Assembly (NCBI RefSeq): GCF_006345805.1
Contig: NC_043017.1
Span: forward strand, 16,182,001-16,246,000
Source of the DNA: Octopus sinensis
Taxonomy: Eukaryota
DNA: 64,000 nucleotides
Direction of reading: 5' to 3'
Below, piece after piece: positions 16,877-28,376 of the stretch. The position numbers were made by a program, and so were the translations under genes. The notes below the pieces were generated by a model. It did no database searches, was not told the DNA's origin, and was given only the letters and a program-made list of their open reading frames with translations. Numbering within the stretch: position 1 is the first letter of the stretch; every line of letters begins with the position of its first letter.

Positions 16877-17710
16877 TGTATAGAGAGGGGAGGGATGAAG
16901 TGAGTAAACACAATCAGGCTTGACTCGTATATCCATACATACAACACACACACACACACACACACGTATCTCTACATATATTCACAAAGATGAATGCAAA
17001 TATATACTCAACAGCTGTTTCAAGAAGCTCAGAGTTACGTAACAATCATAATATTTATAATTTGCAGATGGAAGGTGTGCAACGGAGATAGGAAATGACA
17101 GAAATAACGCAAACACAAATATAACACAATTTCTTTCTACATATATAATATATATATATATATATTATAAATATATACTATATATATATATATGTGTTTA
17201 TTTATATAGACTTTTTATATTACTGTATGTATAAATATCTATGTACACTGCTTTATAGATCGTATATAATAAATATGTATGTAGTAATGCTGTTCACTCT
17301 TATCTAATTGAAAAACCATCTCTCTTTCGACTAATAAATAAACTCCTACTCTTCTTCTTCTTCTTCTTCTTCTTCTGCCTCCTCCTCTTCTTACTCCTAC
17401 TCCCTTTTAGGAGCAAACTGCCCTTTCCCAAACACGATTTCGTGTCAGGTTTGTTATGAGACGTGTTGTTGTTCTTGCTGCTATTGTTATTGTGGTTGTT
17501 GTTGCTGTCGTTGTTATAATTATCCTCCTTTCATTATATTTTCTTCTCGTTCTTCGTGTCTGTTTGTCTCTTCCTCTGATGTGTTGATGGCTTCAGATGT
17601 TGTCTGGAAATGTAGAAAAAATGTTGATTAGAAAATGTCGAATTAAAGACAAAAACGTGTGTTGGCAGAGAAAATATGAATATATTGTTGCTCTTGATGT
17701 AAATAATACT

Positions 17711-17909
17711 GTGCCACCAGATGCCCAATAGGACATCTGGCGGCACAACAGATCTACAAATAACGACACTGTCGTCTATTGTACATTGGGTGGCACAACA
17801 GATACACGACATACAAACAACTAAATCATTCTGTATTCCATATATAGCGAGAGGCACAACAGATGGACAAGTAGCTAGTTTGTACTGAACATCTGTTGGC
17901 ACAAAAGAT
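17711..17909. repeat. Array of GGCACAACAGAT 12-mers with unique spacers, plus a hairpin
   Basis: Exact copies at 17742, 17792 and 17853, and a 1-mismatch copy at 17898. A 13-bp inverted repeat lies at 17711-17723/17734-17746. Confidence 0.7.
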
Positions 17910-18619
17910 GTTCCAGATTACCACATTTGGCGTCTGTTTTACAGTCAACACTGACACATGTGCATGCACACACTTATACACACACACACACACACATAAA
18001 CATACACATGCACACACTCACACATGCAGATGCATACACATACATACACAAGCGTACAAACCTACACATACACACATACACACAGACAGCGTCGTCTTTA
18101 AAAGTAAATATACATTGGGTAACGTAATCCTAGATACACTGTGTCAATAAAGGACGAGGTGATCACAGATGGAACGCTTTTGATTGGTCTGCAGGACAAA
18201 ACGACAACAATAACAACAACGACCTCTAAACCAATCCTGCCCCCTCTAACTTACCCCTCCTACGGTCCCCTCCCCCTACATACTGCTATTGAACGGAAAA
18301 AACGTGTCTGATCTGAAGCCTATGAGTATCTAACTGGTTACTCTACCTGCTGGAAATAACAGCCAAATCACCATCAAATCAAAGCTTGCAATCAAAGAAA
18401 AGGACACATGTGGTACTCGGTTCACTTCAAATAAGACAACGATGGGATGGTCACGGATGGACCGACTTTGATCAGGAAGCTAAGTAACAGATTTTTCGTT
18501 TTACACACTCGTAATTGGCAACTAGGTTTAACATTACTTTCCCATCCATTCTCTCTCTCTCTCTCTCTCTCTCTGCCACACACATTCCCTCTCATTTTTA
18601 GTCTATGCTATAAATAAAT

Positions 18620-18900
18620 CAACTGAGATGGTTCGAACACGTAGTGCGCATGTGTGACTCGCGTTTCCTTCGTAGAATCCTCGGCAGCCAATGGCCCACA
18701 CCTAACTTCAAGACTTGAGAAACGGTTCAAAGACCAACTGAAGACTCCAGAAGAACAACATCAACTGTTCAAGAATGAAAGATATTGTTCTCAAACATTT
18801 GTTTTGGCGTTGTCACTGCTAGAGAGTAAATGAAAATATGAAGAGGAGACGTTGTCAGCGCCACCTGGAGGAGTGATAAAAGATATAGGATTTTGTAGCC
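18620..18900 (+). mobile_element. RTE LINE 3' fragment
   Basis: QLRWFEHVVRMCDSRFLRRIL and RFKDQLK. Homologous to 40880-41200. Confidence 0.75.
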
Positions 18901-19929
18901 AAAACTGTTCCTTAATGATTGGGATCTAGGGCTGAGCTAAGGCTAATAAAGGCGCAAAACCTGAAGTCTGAGGGGAGTCGGAATCGATTACATCGATTCC
19001 CATTATTCAACTGGTACTTACTTTATCGACCCTGAAAAGGTGAAATGCAAAACCTTGACGGTGGTTTGAATGGTGAGGAAGGAAGTGACAAGAGATCGAG
19101 ATCTCTCTTTGGTGTCGGACAAATAGGTCAATCTTGACCGGTGGCTGAACGTTTCAAAAGTTCAAGACCGATATTGAAGCACTTTTCCAGCAAGTAAGAT
19201 GATACACAGCCATGAAGACGGTGCTCCAGTATGGTCATGTTGTGCTTGAATAAAACATCCGACACTGACATTCCAGCCTATTATTAAAAAAAAAAAGCCA
19301 TCCAGCAGATTGTCAAATATTCCTCTACTGACACACTATGGCTTTTAGTTCACTGATGCAAAGTCTCCCCTCTCTCTCTGTATCATCCATCACCACCACC
19401 ACCACCACCACTACCATAGATTCTACTCCCCTTATGTAATAAGCCACATAACCCCACCAACTGTAGTACCACCATGAACATCAACAGAATAATCAGACCT
19501 GTGGACTATCTAGGAGGGCACCAGTTCTTCTCACTTTAGTTTTGCGCTCGAATAAAGATTTATTCTGCTACCAAAAACCCCGCGGGATTCCTTTAATCAT
19601 TTCTATACGATTTATTTAAACTAAACAGAATCAACGGCTGCTGTTTATCGTTGCCCCAAAATGACTGTCGATGGGAACGATTGAGATTCGAACTCTTGTG
19701 GTGTCACTTGATTTCCTGAAGACACTTCCAAAACGAACCGACATCCTCCTTACAAAACAGCCGAAAACATATAATGAAGCCACAAAGGTGATCCAACAGG
19801 ACGTGTGCGTGTGTGTGTCTTTGTGTCTTGGCAACCAGTGTTGGTGTGTTTACATCCCCTTAACTCAGCGGTTCCGCAAAAGATTCCAATAGAATAAGTA
19901 CCAGGCTTAAAAAAAATTGGTACGACTAC

Positions 19930-20150
19930 ATCATCATCATCATCGTTTAACGTCCGCTTTCCATGCTAGCATGGGTTGGACGATTGGACTGAGGGCTGGC
20001 GAACTAGATGGCTGCACCAGAAGAGTTTGATCTGGCAGAATTTCTACAGCTGGATGCCCTTCCTAACACTAACCACTCCGTGAGTGTATTGGGTGCTTTT
20101 ACATGCCACCCACCGGCACGGGGGCCAGTTAGGTGGTACTGGCAACGGCC
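19930..20150 (-). mobile_element. SINE family C with (ATG)n tail
   Basis: Conserved block GGTTAGTGTTAGGAAGGGCATCCAGCTGTAGAAA and a (GAT)n tail on the minus strand. Confidence 0.6.
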
Positions 20151-20209
20151 ACTCTCAAATGGTGCATCGACTAAAATTTCACAAGGCGGTGCCCCAGCAT
20201 GGCTGCATG

Positions 20210-20260
<51 letters not shown>

Positions 20261-20314
20261 TGTGTGTGTGTGTGTGTCTATGCTTGTATATACTGTATAT
20301 ATATTCATATGTAC

Positions 20315-20345
<31 letters not shown>

Positions 20346-20703
20346 CAATGCATATACACACATATACAGAGAGAAGAGAGAGATAAAAAGCAATGTAAGA
20401 TTGCAGTTTGAGGATTACACCACTGTGCCTCTTAGCTGTTCTTTTTCCTTTTTTGTCTCAAGACGAGAATAAAAGAAAGAAGCAAAGATCTCCCACCTGC
20501 GCGCACACCCCTAGATAAAAGTCACTGACGATAGTATTGGTAACTTATATTAATCAGAAATCAATATCAGTAACTATATTTAAATATGCGATAACATTTT
20601 TCTTCAATAATCAATATCTGTCCGTATGCAGCTATCGTATATCTATCTATCTGTCTGTCTGTCTATAATAATCACACACACACACACACACACCACACAC
20701 ACG

Positions 20704-20922
20704 TACGAGGGGGTGCTGAAAAGTTCCTGGCTTTGGGTAAAAGAAAACACAGGCGGATCAGTTAATTGTGATCTCACTCACGATATTCCCCTCTCAGATT
20801 CACACACTTATTGCGTTGGTCCTTCAGTTTTTCTAAGCCCTGTAAAAGAACTTGGGATGTTGGGCCTCCAGCCAGGCCTTTTGTGACATCCTTAAAGCCA
20901 TGAATTTTTCAGCACCCCTTCG
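20704..20922 (+). mobile_element. Mariner-derived MITE (~220 bp)
   Basis: TIRs TACGAGGGGGTGCTGAAAAGTTCCTGGCTTT / AAAGCCATGAATTTTTCAGCACCCCTTCG. Confidence 0.85.
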
Positions 20923-20931
20923 CGCGCGCGC

Positions 20932-20962
<31 letters not shown>

Positions 20963-21101
20963 TTACGAGAGTGGGGAATATTTAAATAGCCATCACCGAG
21001 TGAAAAGGTGAATGGTAAGTTCACAGCAGAGAAGCTCGTTCTTATGGAAAATAAACGACCAGAGACTCAGAAGGGAAGGTTTATAATTCCCAAACAACAG
21101 A

Positions 21102-21177
<76 letters not shown>

Positions 21178-21447
21178 GTCTCTCTCTTCCTCTCTATATA
21201 TCTATATATAAAGAGAGAGAGAGAGAAACAATGGTGTAAGATACGATTTTTTTGAGTGAAGGGAAGGAGTTTAGGCACTGCTACCGACCCCAGTCCTTGA
21301 CTGGAAATTTATTTTTATCAACCACATAAGGGTGAAAGACAGTTGACCCCAGCGGGATTTGAACTCTACGTAAAGAGGTGGAAGAAATATCGCAAAGCAT
21401 TTTCACCGACGCTCTGACGATCCCGCTATTCCACCAATATACTTACT

Positions 21448-21483
<36 letters not shown>

Positions 21484-21499
21484 ATACACATATATATCG

Positions 21500-21865
21500 C
21501 AGCGTTTGCTTCCCAACAGCATGGTCCCAGGTTCAGTTCCATTGCATGACACCCTGGACAAGTGCCTACTACTATAGCCTCGGGACGACCAAAGCCTTGT
21601 GACTGGGTTTGGTAGACGGAAACTGAAAGAAGCCCATTCTACATATGTGTATATGTATATATCTTTGTGTCTGTGTTTGTCCCATACCATCACTTGACAC
21701 CCGGTGTTGGTTAGTTTACATCCCATAACCTAGTGGTTCGACAAAAGATACCGACAGTATCAAGTTTAAGAAAAATAAGTATGAAGCTTGATTTATTCGA
21801 CAAAAATTTCTTCAAGGTGATGCCCCAGCATGGCCGCAGTCTAATGACTGAAACAAATTTATAAG
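21500..21865 (+). mobile_element. SINE family A
   Basis: Head, core and tail motifs. Confidence 0.8.
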
Positions 21866-22449
21866 TAGTAGTAGTAGTATATATTAGACGTATGCATGGC
21901 CAAGTGGTTAAGGGTTTCGCTCTCCAATCACGAGGTCCTGGATTCGATCCTACTGCATGCCATTTGGGGCAAATAACTTTACTTTAGCTTCGAGTCATAT
22001 TTGGGGACACGGAAACTGTATGGAAGCCCGTCAGATTGACGTCACCAACACACAAGTCAAATCATTTTGTGTCTTTGTTGTTTCTCATTATTTTAATGTC
22101 TTTAAAACTGCCTTTAGGCTGTCATCATATCTCATAAAGCCCTTCTCCTTCTGGGGTGGGCGGAAGGCCCAAGAAAGAAGAAAGGATAACGGCAGCAACA
22201 GGGTGTATACCCAAGGGTGATATGAAGTATAAGGGCACAATACAACAATACTCTATGTGCTGCAATCATGGATGGGCGCCTGATAGAATGGGCCCTCACC
22301 GGCTCCATCTCCATTTCGCATCCCAAATCAGAGATTAGATATACTACAGGGTGACACCATTAAGCAGTGATGTGTACAAATACAAACTTGTTACCTCTTC
22401 AAATATACTTGAAACCCTAAGAAAGCTATTCACTGTATTTTGTCATGAA

Positions 22450-22900
22450 GAAAATATCTCCCAGTAGACAGGCAGATAGGTGTAAATACATTGAGTCAAC
22501 CCACAACATCAGAGTATCCAGACTGTGGAATGCCTGCATTTCGGAGTGGTTATCTCATGTTCAGCAGCAGATACTGAAAAAGCAGGCACTGTGAACTGAC
22601 TCAAGAGACAGATCCCTCTTATGATATTGATGTCATCGTTCAATGACTGGTTTCGCTATAAATAAAATAAATAAAATACAGCGTGGCAGCAGTAAGCAGT
22701 GAAGTGATTAAATACCAACTCGTTACCAGTTCAAATGTGCTTGAAGCATATTTGAACCCGTAAGAAAGTCAGTCTCTGTATTTAGTCACGGAGAAAATTT
22801 CTCGCAGTAGAGAAATAGGTGTAAATGGACTGAATCAGCCGACAGCATCCCCTTCCCAGACTGTGGAATGCCTGCATTTCAGAGTGGTTATTTCCTCTTC
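22450..22900 (+). repeat. Pair of ~110-bp diverged direct repeats
   Basis: 22450-22560 and 22792-22900 share CCAGACTGTGGAATGCCTGCATTTC(G/A)GAGTGGTTAT. Confidence 0.8.
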
Positions 22901-23084
22901 TCCTAGATACACTGGCCGACACAACCCTAACATCCACGGACATTTTAGAAATATTCATTAAAGAGAAAAACCAAATTCAAAGACGGTGTGTAGACAGAAA
23001 TGGTCTTAAGTGGGGGGGGGGTCCTCTGATTTAGCAAAATGCTGATTCCACTGGACTGTTGGGAAGTAGAATATATTTTGCTTA

Positions 23085-23395
23085 TTTCAGTCATTGGACT
23101 GTGGCCATGCTGGGGCACCACCTTGAAGGGTTTAGTTGAACAGATTGACCCCAGTAGCATTTTTTAAAACCTGGTACTTATTCTATCGGTCCCTTTTGCC
23201 GAGTGTGTGTGTGTGTGTGGTGTGTGTGTGTGTGTGCGCGCGCACAACGGGTTTCCGTCTACCAAATCCACTCACAAGGCATTGCTTGACACGGGGCCAT
23301 ACTAGAAGACACTTGTCCAATGAGCTGCACAATGGGATTGAACCCAGAACCATGTGGTTGGGAAGCAAACTTCTTACCACACAACCATACAGTGT
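23085..23395 (-). mobile_element. SINE family A
   Basis: Reverse tail, core and head. Confidence 0.75.
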
Positions 23396-23569
23396 TTGCT
23401 TTTTCAGCTCTATGGAACCAAATAATTTCAAAGATATGGAAAGACAGGTCAAACCAACATCTACAACGTTTGAAAGTGTAAGAGATGCAATCTGAATTGG
23501 TTGAGCTTTCAACCCGCAAACCCATCACATGAGACTGGAACAACGCCCATGTTTCTTTGAAATCAGAAC

Positions 23570-23690
23570 CTACGACTTGGAAATCTGGAGTTTGAAATCT
23601 GATGATAGTCGCAGGCTGGAAGCTAATGAAAGGCAGTGTTTGAGATCTATATTAAAGGTACCTTTATGAGACAAGGGTACAGATGCGCTG
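23570..23690 (+). mobile_element. LINE ORF2 post-RT fragment (RTE-like)
   Basis: TYDLEIWSLKSDDSRRLEANERQCLRSILKVP resembles the Y..E.W.L...RRL..FE..CLR.IL motif. Confidence 0.6.
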
Positions 23691-24195
23691 TCAAGCACCT
23701 ATATTGAGTGTGCCATTATGAGTGAAAGATAAAACTTCCAGTTAAAAAAAAGCTCCACATATTGACAAATGTCCAATCGGTGAGGGTGACATTGTTCTGA
23801 CTGGCAGGAGATAGAGAGGGGACAGGAAGAGAGATGGGGGTTGCTGGAGAGAACTGAGCGATTAAAGAATTTGAATCGAATACCAAACCAATTGTATAAA
23901 ATCTAAGACGAGAATTCCTTCGAAGTCCCAGCAACAATACATCACACACCACACACAAACTGAATATGCCAACTGTGTCGAACTTTCTAGATATAACAAT
24001 CGTAGTAATACTACAAACAGAACCGAATCTGCGACCTTTATAGAACTCCTCCACTTGAGTCTTTGGGATCCTGATATTGGACAAAGGATCTGTTCCTCGC
24101 TTCCAATTCATCAAACCACCACCCGGTTTAAAAACCTTATCATTAAAACCTAGGATGGGTTTACTAGGGTCCACTCTACTGTAAGTAATTCGTTC

Positions 24196-24285
<90 letters not shown>

Positions 24286-25849
24286 AATCCGAGAAAATAC
24301 CATTCTGCCCTTTCTGCTGCCAGGGTGGAAGGCCCTAATCAGAAAAAGTGAAGAACGCTGTCCTTTAACTAATCAAACCAGTAAAAGACAAAGCAGCCCC
24401 CGCTCCTCAGATATTTCTTTTAACAACAATCAATAAGTTGTTGCCAGGAACGTAACTTAATACCATAATGAATATGATTGGTGCGACTGTGACATCGACA
24501 CGACGACGACGACGATGATGATGATGATGATGACGACGACGACAAACTTGACAAAAAGCAGGTAAAAGATAAAAAGAATTGAGAAGCAATTCCGTTAAAA
24601 TAAACCAAAAGAACTGCCTCACTCGGCTCTACAAGAACTGCATGAACGTCACAACATCACAGAAACAAGTGCATTAAACATCTCACCACTCACCTTCGTC
24701 TTGATACAATCCCACGATGATATATCCAGGGGATACTTCACCCCAAATGGAGAAGGGTTGCCTCGATGTAAGTTATCCAATGGCTTCTCTCAAACTTCCG
24801 GCCTCTTCATCGCTTCCGCTTATCGATTTTCTTCATATTGTAATATCCATGGTAACGTCAAACACGTGATTGTCATAACAGGAGTATAAAACAGTTGTGT
24901 GTGTATATATGTACATATCCCTATGTATACATAGGTGCCTGTTTGATTATGTGTGTCGGGGTGAATTGTGTTTGTGCGCAGCTAACTTTACAACGATACA
25001 TGTGTTTATGAGCATTTCTGTGTCTGATATTGGGCTTATGATTGCATTTCTGTGCGTAGAATTGATTTAAATAGGTGTGCGAACGCAACATGCCCGCGTA
25101 TAATTCATTATAGCATATACAGCGTGTTTAATATGTGTATAAATATATACACACATAAGCACATACACTATATATATATATACATATATATACACATATA
25201 TATATATATACATATATATATAAATATATATGTTAGCAAGTGACAATCGCCTGCGGTTCTTCCTCCTAACGTTCTCTAACCCACGTTTTACTGGGATAGG
25301 TAAGGGGCGGGGTACTAATTTTAAGAGCATCGATCTATCTATCGTTTTCTTTAAACTCTAGATATCCCTCTTTCCATATACTCACACACTCCATACACAC
25401 ACCCCTCTATCTATCCCTTATACACCTATATATATATACATATATATATATAGGTCTCGTCCTTGCTATCCTGTCTACACCACTCTGTATTTGTCTTACT
25501 AGTGATATAAACTTGTCACGTTTATCTAGAATCACGAAACGGAGGATGAAACAAACGATTTCCTTACGACGAAAATAAACAATTTTCTTTTGTTTAGAAT
25601 TTAGAAACATCTCTAAAGATTATTTTAAAAAATACGAAAAAAAAATTGAGATTAAAGCACAACCCTAACCATGTTTGGTGCGTTTCTTGTTGTTCTAATT
25701 TGTGTTGTTGATGTTAATGTTGTTGTGGTGGTGATGCCGTAATGCAAGTTTTTTTTCTTTACTTTTTGTGTACCTTGATTGTTTATTTTAAATAAATTCC
25801 TTGAAGAGGTTCATTTCGAGAAGTATCTTGGTTATATAAAGTGTGTGTG

Positions 25850-26540
<691 letters not shown>

Positions 26541-27459
26541 TCGTGTGTGTATTTGTGCTTAATGTTTGTGATTTTTTCCTTTTTCTTTTGAAACATATTT
26601 CTAAAAGATATGACCGAATACGTCTCACGTATATTTACTTCGTGTAGAGGAATGAGAATCGGTGGGCTTCATGCCCCTCCCGAACTTATTGGTCACAAGA
26701 GTATTGAAATTATTAATATGGTGAGTATCGAGTAGTTTCGACGGCTGAGGAGTTGCAGCTTCGTCGTGCCTTCAGATACTCAATGTATGTTGAGAAGGGA
26801 GAAGTGGACGATCCGTAAATTGAAAAGAACAACAACAATAGCAACCGCAACAACAATAACAACAACAGCAAATCATTAACGAATAATTTGTTGCCTTGTT
26901 TTAGTTTTACAACGTCCCACAGAAATATTTGGCACAATAATATGAAATGTAGAGGTTGGCACGGATGGCTGACTGTCTGGTGAAGATTTATGTGGAAGTA
27001 CTGAACACTCAGCAAGCAGAAAAAGAGGAGGAGGGGTAGGGGAGAAGAAAGAGTGTCGGAGAGGGAGAGCTGTGGATCGTACCCTGTGTTATGTCCATGG
27101 TAAAGACACTCCACTAAAATACCGCAGGCCATTGGGTAGAATAGCAGGGTAGAATACCACCTGGATGGAATCGCGTACTCCATTCTTCGTTTCATGAAGT
27201 GGGATGCACAAATCGAGATCGATACCTTCTCAGTCCTCCCTCATTTAACCCAGCTGAACTCCCAGAATGTGAGTGCTGGAGCGAGAGACAGGCTGACACT
27301 CAGTTATGAATCTGTCCTTTTTTTTTGGACCCCGAGAGGATAAAAAACAAAATTGACTGCAGCGGGTTTCGAACTCGAAACGCAGAAAGTCGGAACAAAT
27401 AAAGCATTTTGTTCGACGTTCTGGCGATTCTGCCAATCGACCGCCATGTTGCAGCAGAA

Positions 27460-27770
27460 TATTCCAACATAGAATTCCACATGGTACGGTATCCCGTAAT
27501 ACAGTACTACATGGTGCTATTATACATGTTATCACACCGCATGGTACAATACAGCACATGGTACAACACAATATTTTTATAGTACCACACGGTACTATGG
27601 TATATGGTCCGTTTCCACACGGTATACTACTACATGTTATAATACCGTATAGTAGAAGGCCACATGGAATAATACCGCAAGTTATCATACCACATGGTAC
27701 CACATGTTAAAATACCACAATACAAAATTCCATGGTGCACATTCCCACATGGTTGAACACCACATGGATG
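27460..27770. repeat. Degenerate 15-bp minisatellite, core ACCACATGGTA
   Basis: Core recurs at 27478, 27508, 27523, 27538, 27586, 27616, 27631, 27646, 27661, 27676, 27691, 27746 and 27761 (mostly 15/30-bp steps). Confidence 0.85.
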
Positions 27771-28376
27771 AGTGTCGCATGATATATCCCTATTCAGTGG
27801 GAGACTGAGTGCAATTGCCCTGGATAGAGTACTGATGTCGATGGTATGGTGGCGACGATAATGTCGCTACACTGTAATATTTCAATATCTCACAGTGCCG
27901 GGTTCAAGTCTTGCTAGGGGTGGTCATAGTAACATTTAGAAATGATCTATTCCACCATGACCGACACGTCTTACCGGCTTCTCTGTCTCAATATCTCCTT
28001 CTTCTCCCTCTCTCCCTTCAACTCTTCCTCTCCCTTCTCCTCCCCCTCTTCCTTCTTCCAGGTTTTCAGTTAGATATGCTAACGAAGTCCCCCACCCCAC
28101 CCCGCACTGACTGCCGTATGACACTTCACCTTGTAACGTCGTCTGTGTGAAAATGGAGTCAGAGGAAGCAGACACGGAACTATTCCTTTGGTATCTCTCT
28201 TCGTGTAACCATCATCATCATCATCATCATCAATATAAATATTGTTACTACAACTTTTATCGTCCTTTATCATCACTATTTTCATTTTATATACATACAT
28301 ACATATATATATATATATTATATGTTGTATGCATGCATGCATCTATGTGTATATGCATCTATAAATGTATAAGTTC

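Noticed and set aside
17742-17909. CRISPR array
   Set aside because: Repeat is only 12 bp, spacer lengths are irregular, there are no cas genes, and the context is eukaryotic.
24620-24900. Minus-strand exon ending at AAG|GTGAGT (24694)
   Set aside because: All three frames hit stops shortly upstream, and no convincing acceptor or protein motif was found.
26713-27195. 160-aa minus ORF
   Set aside because: Partly (TTG)n-derived poly-Leu with no recognisable domain; probably intergenic or UTR.
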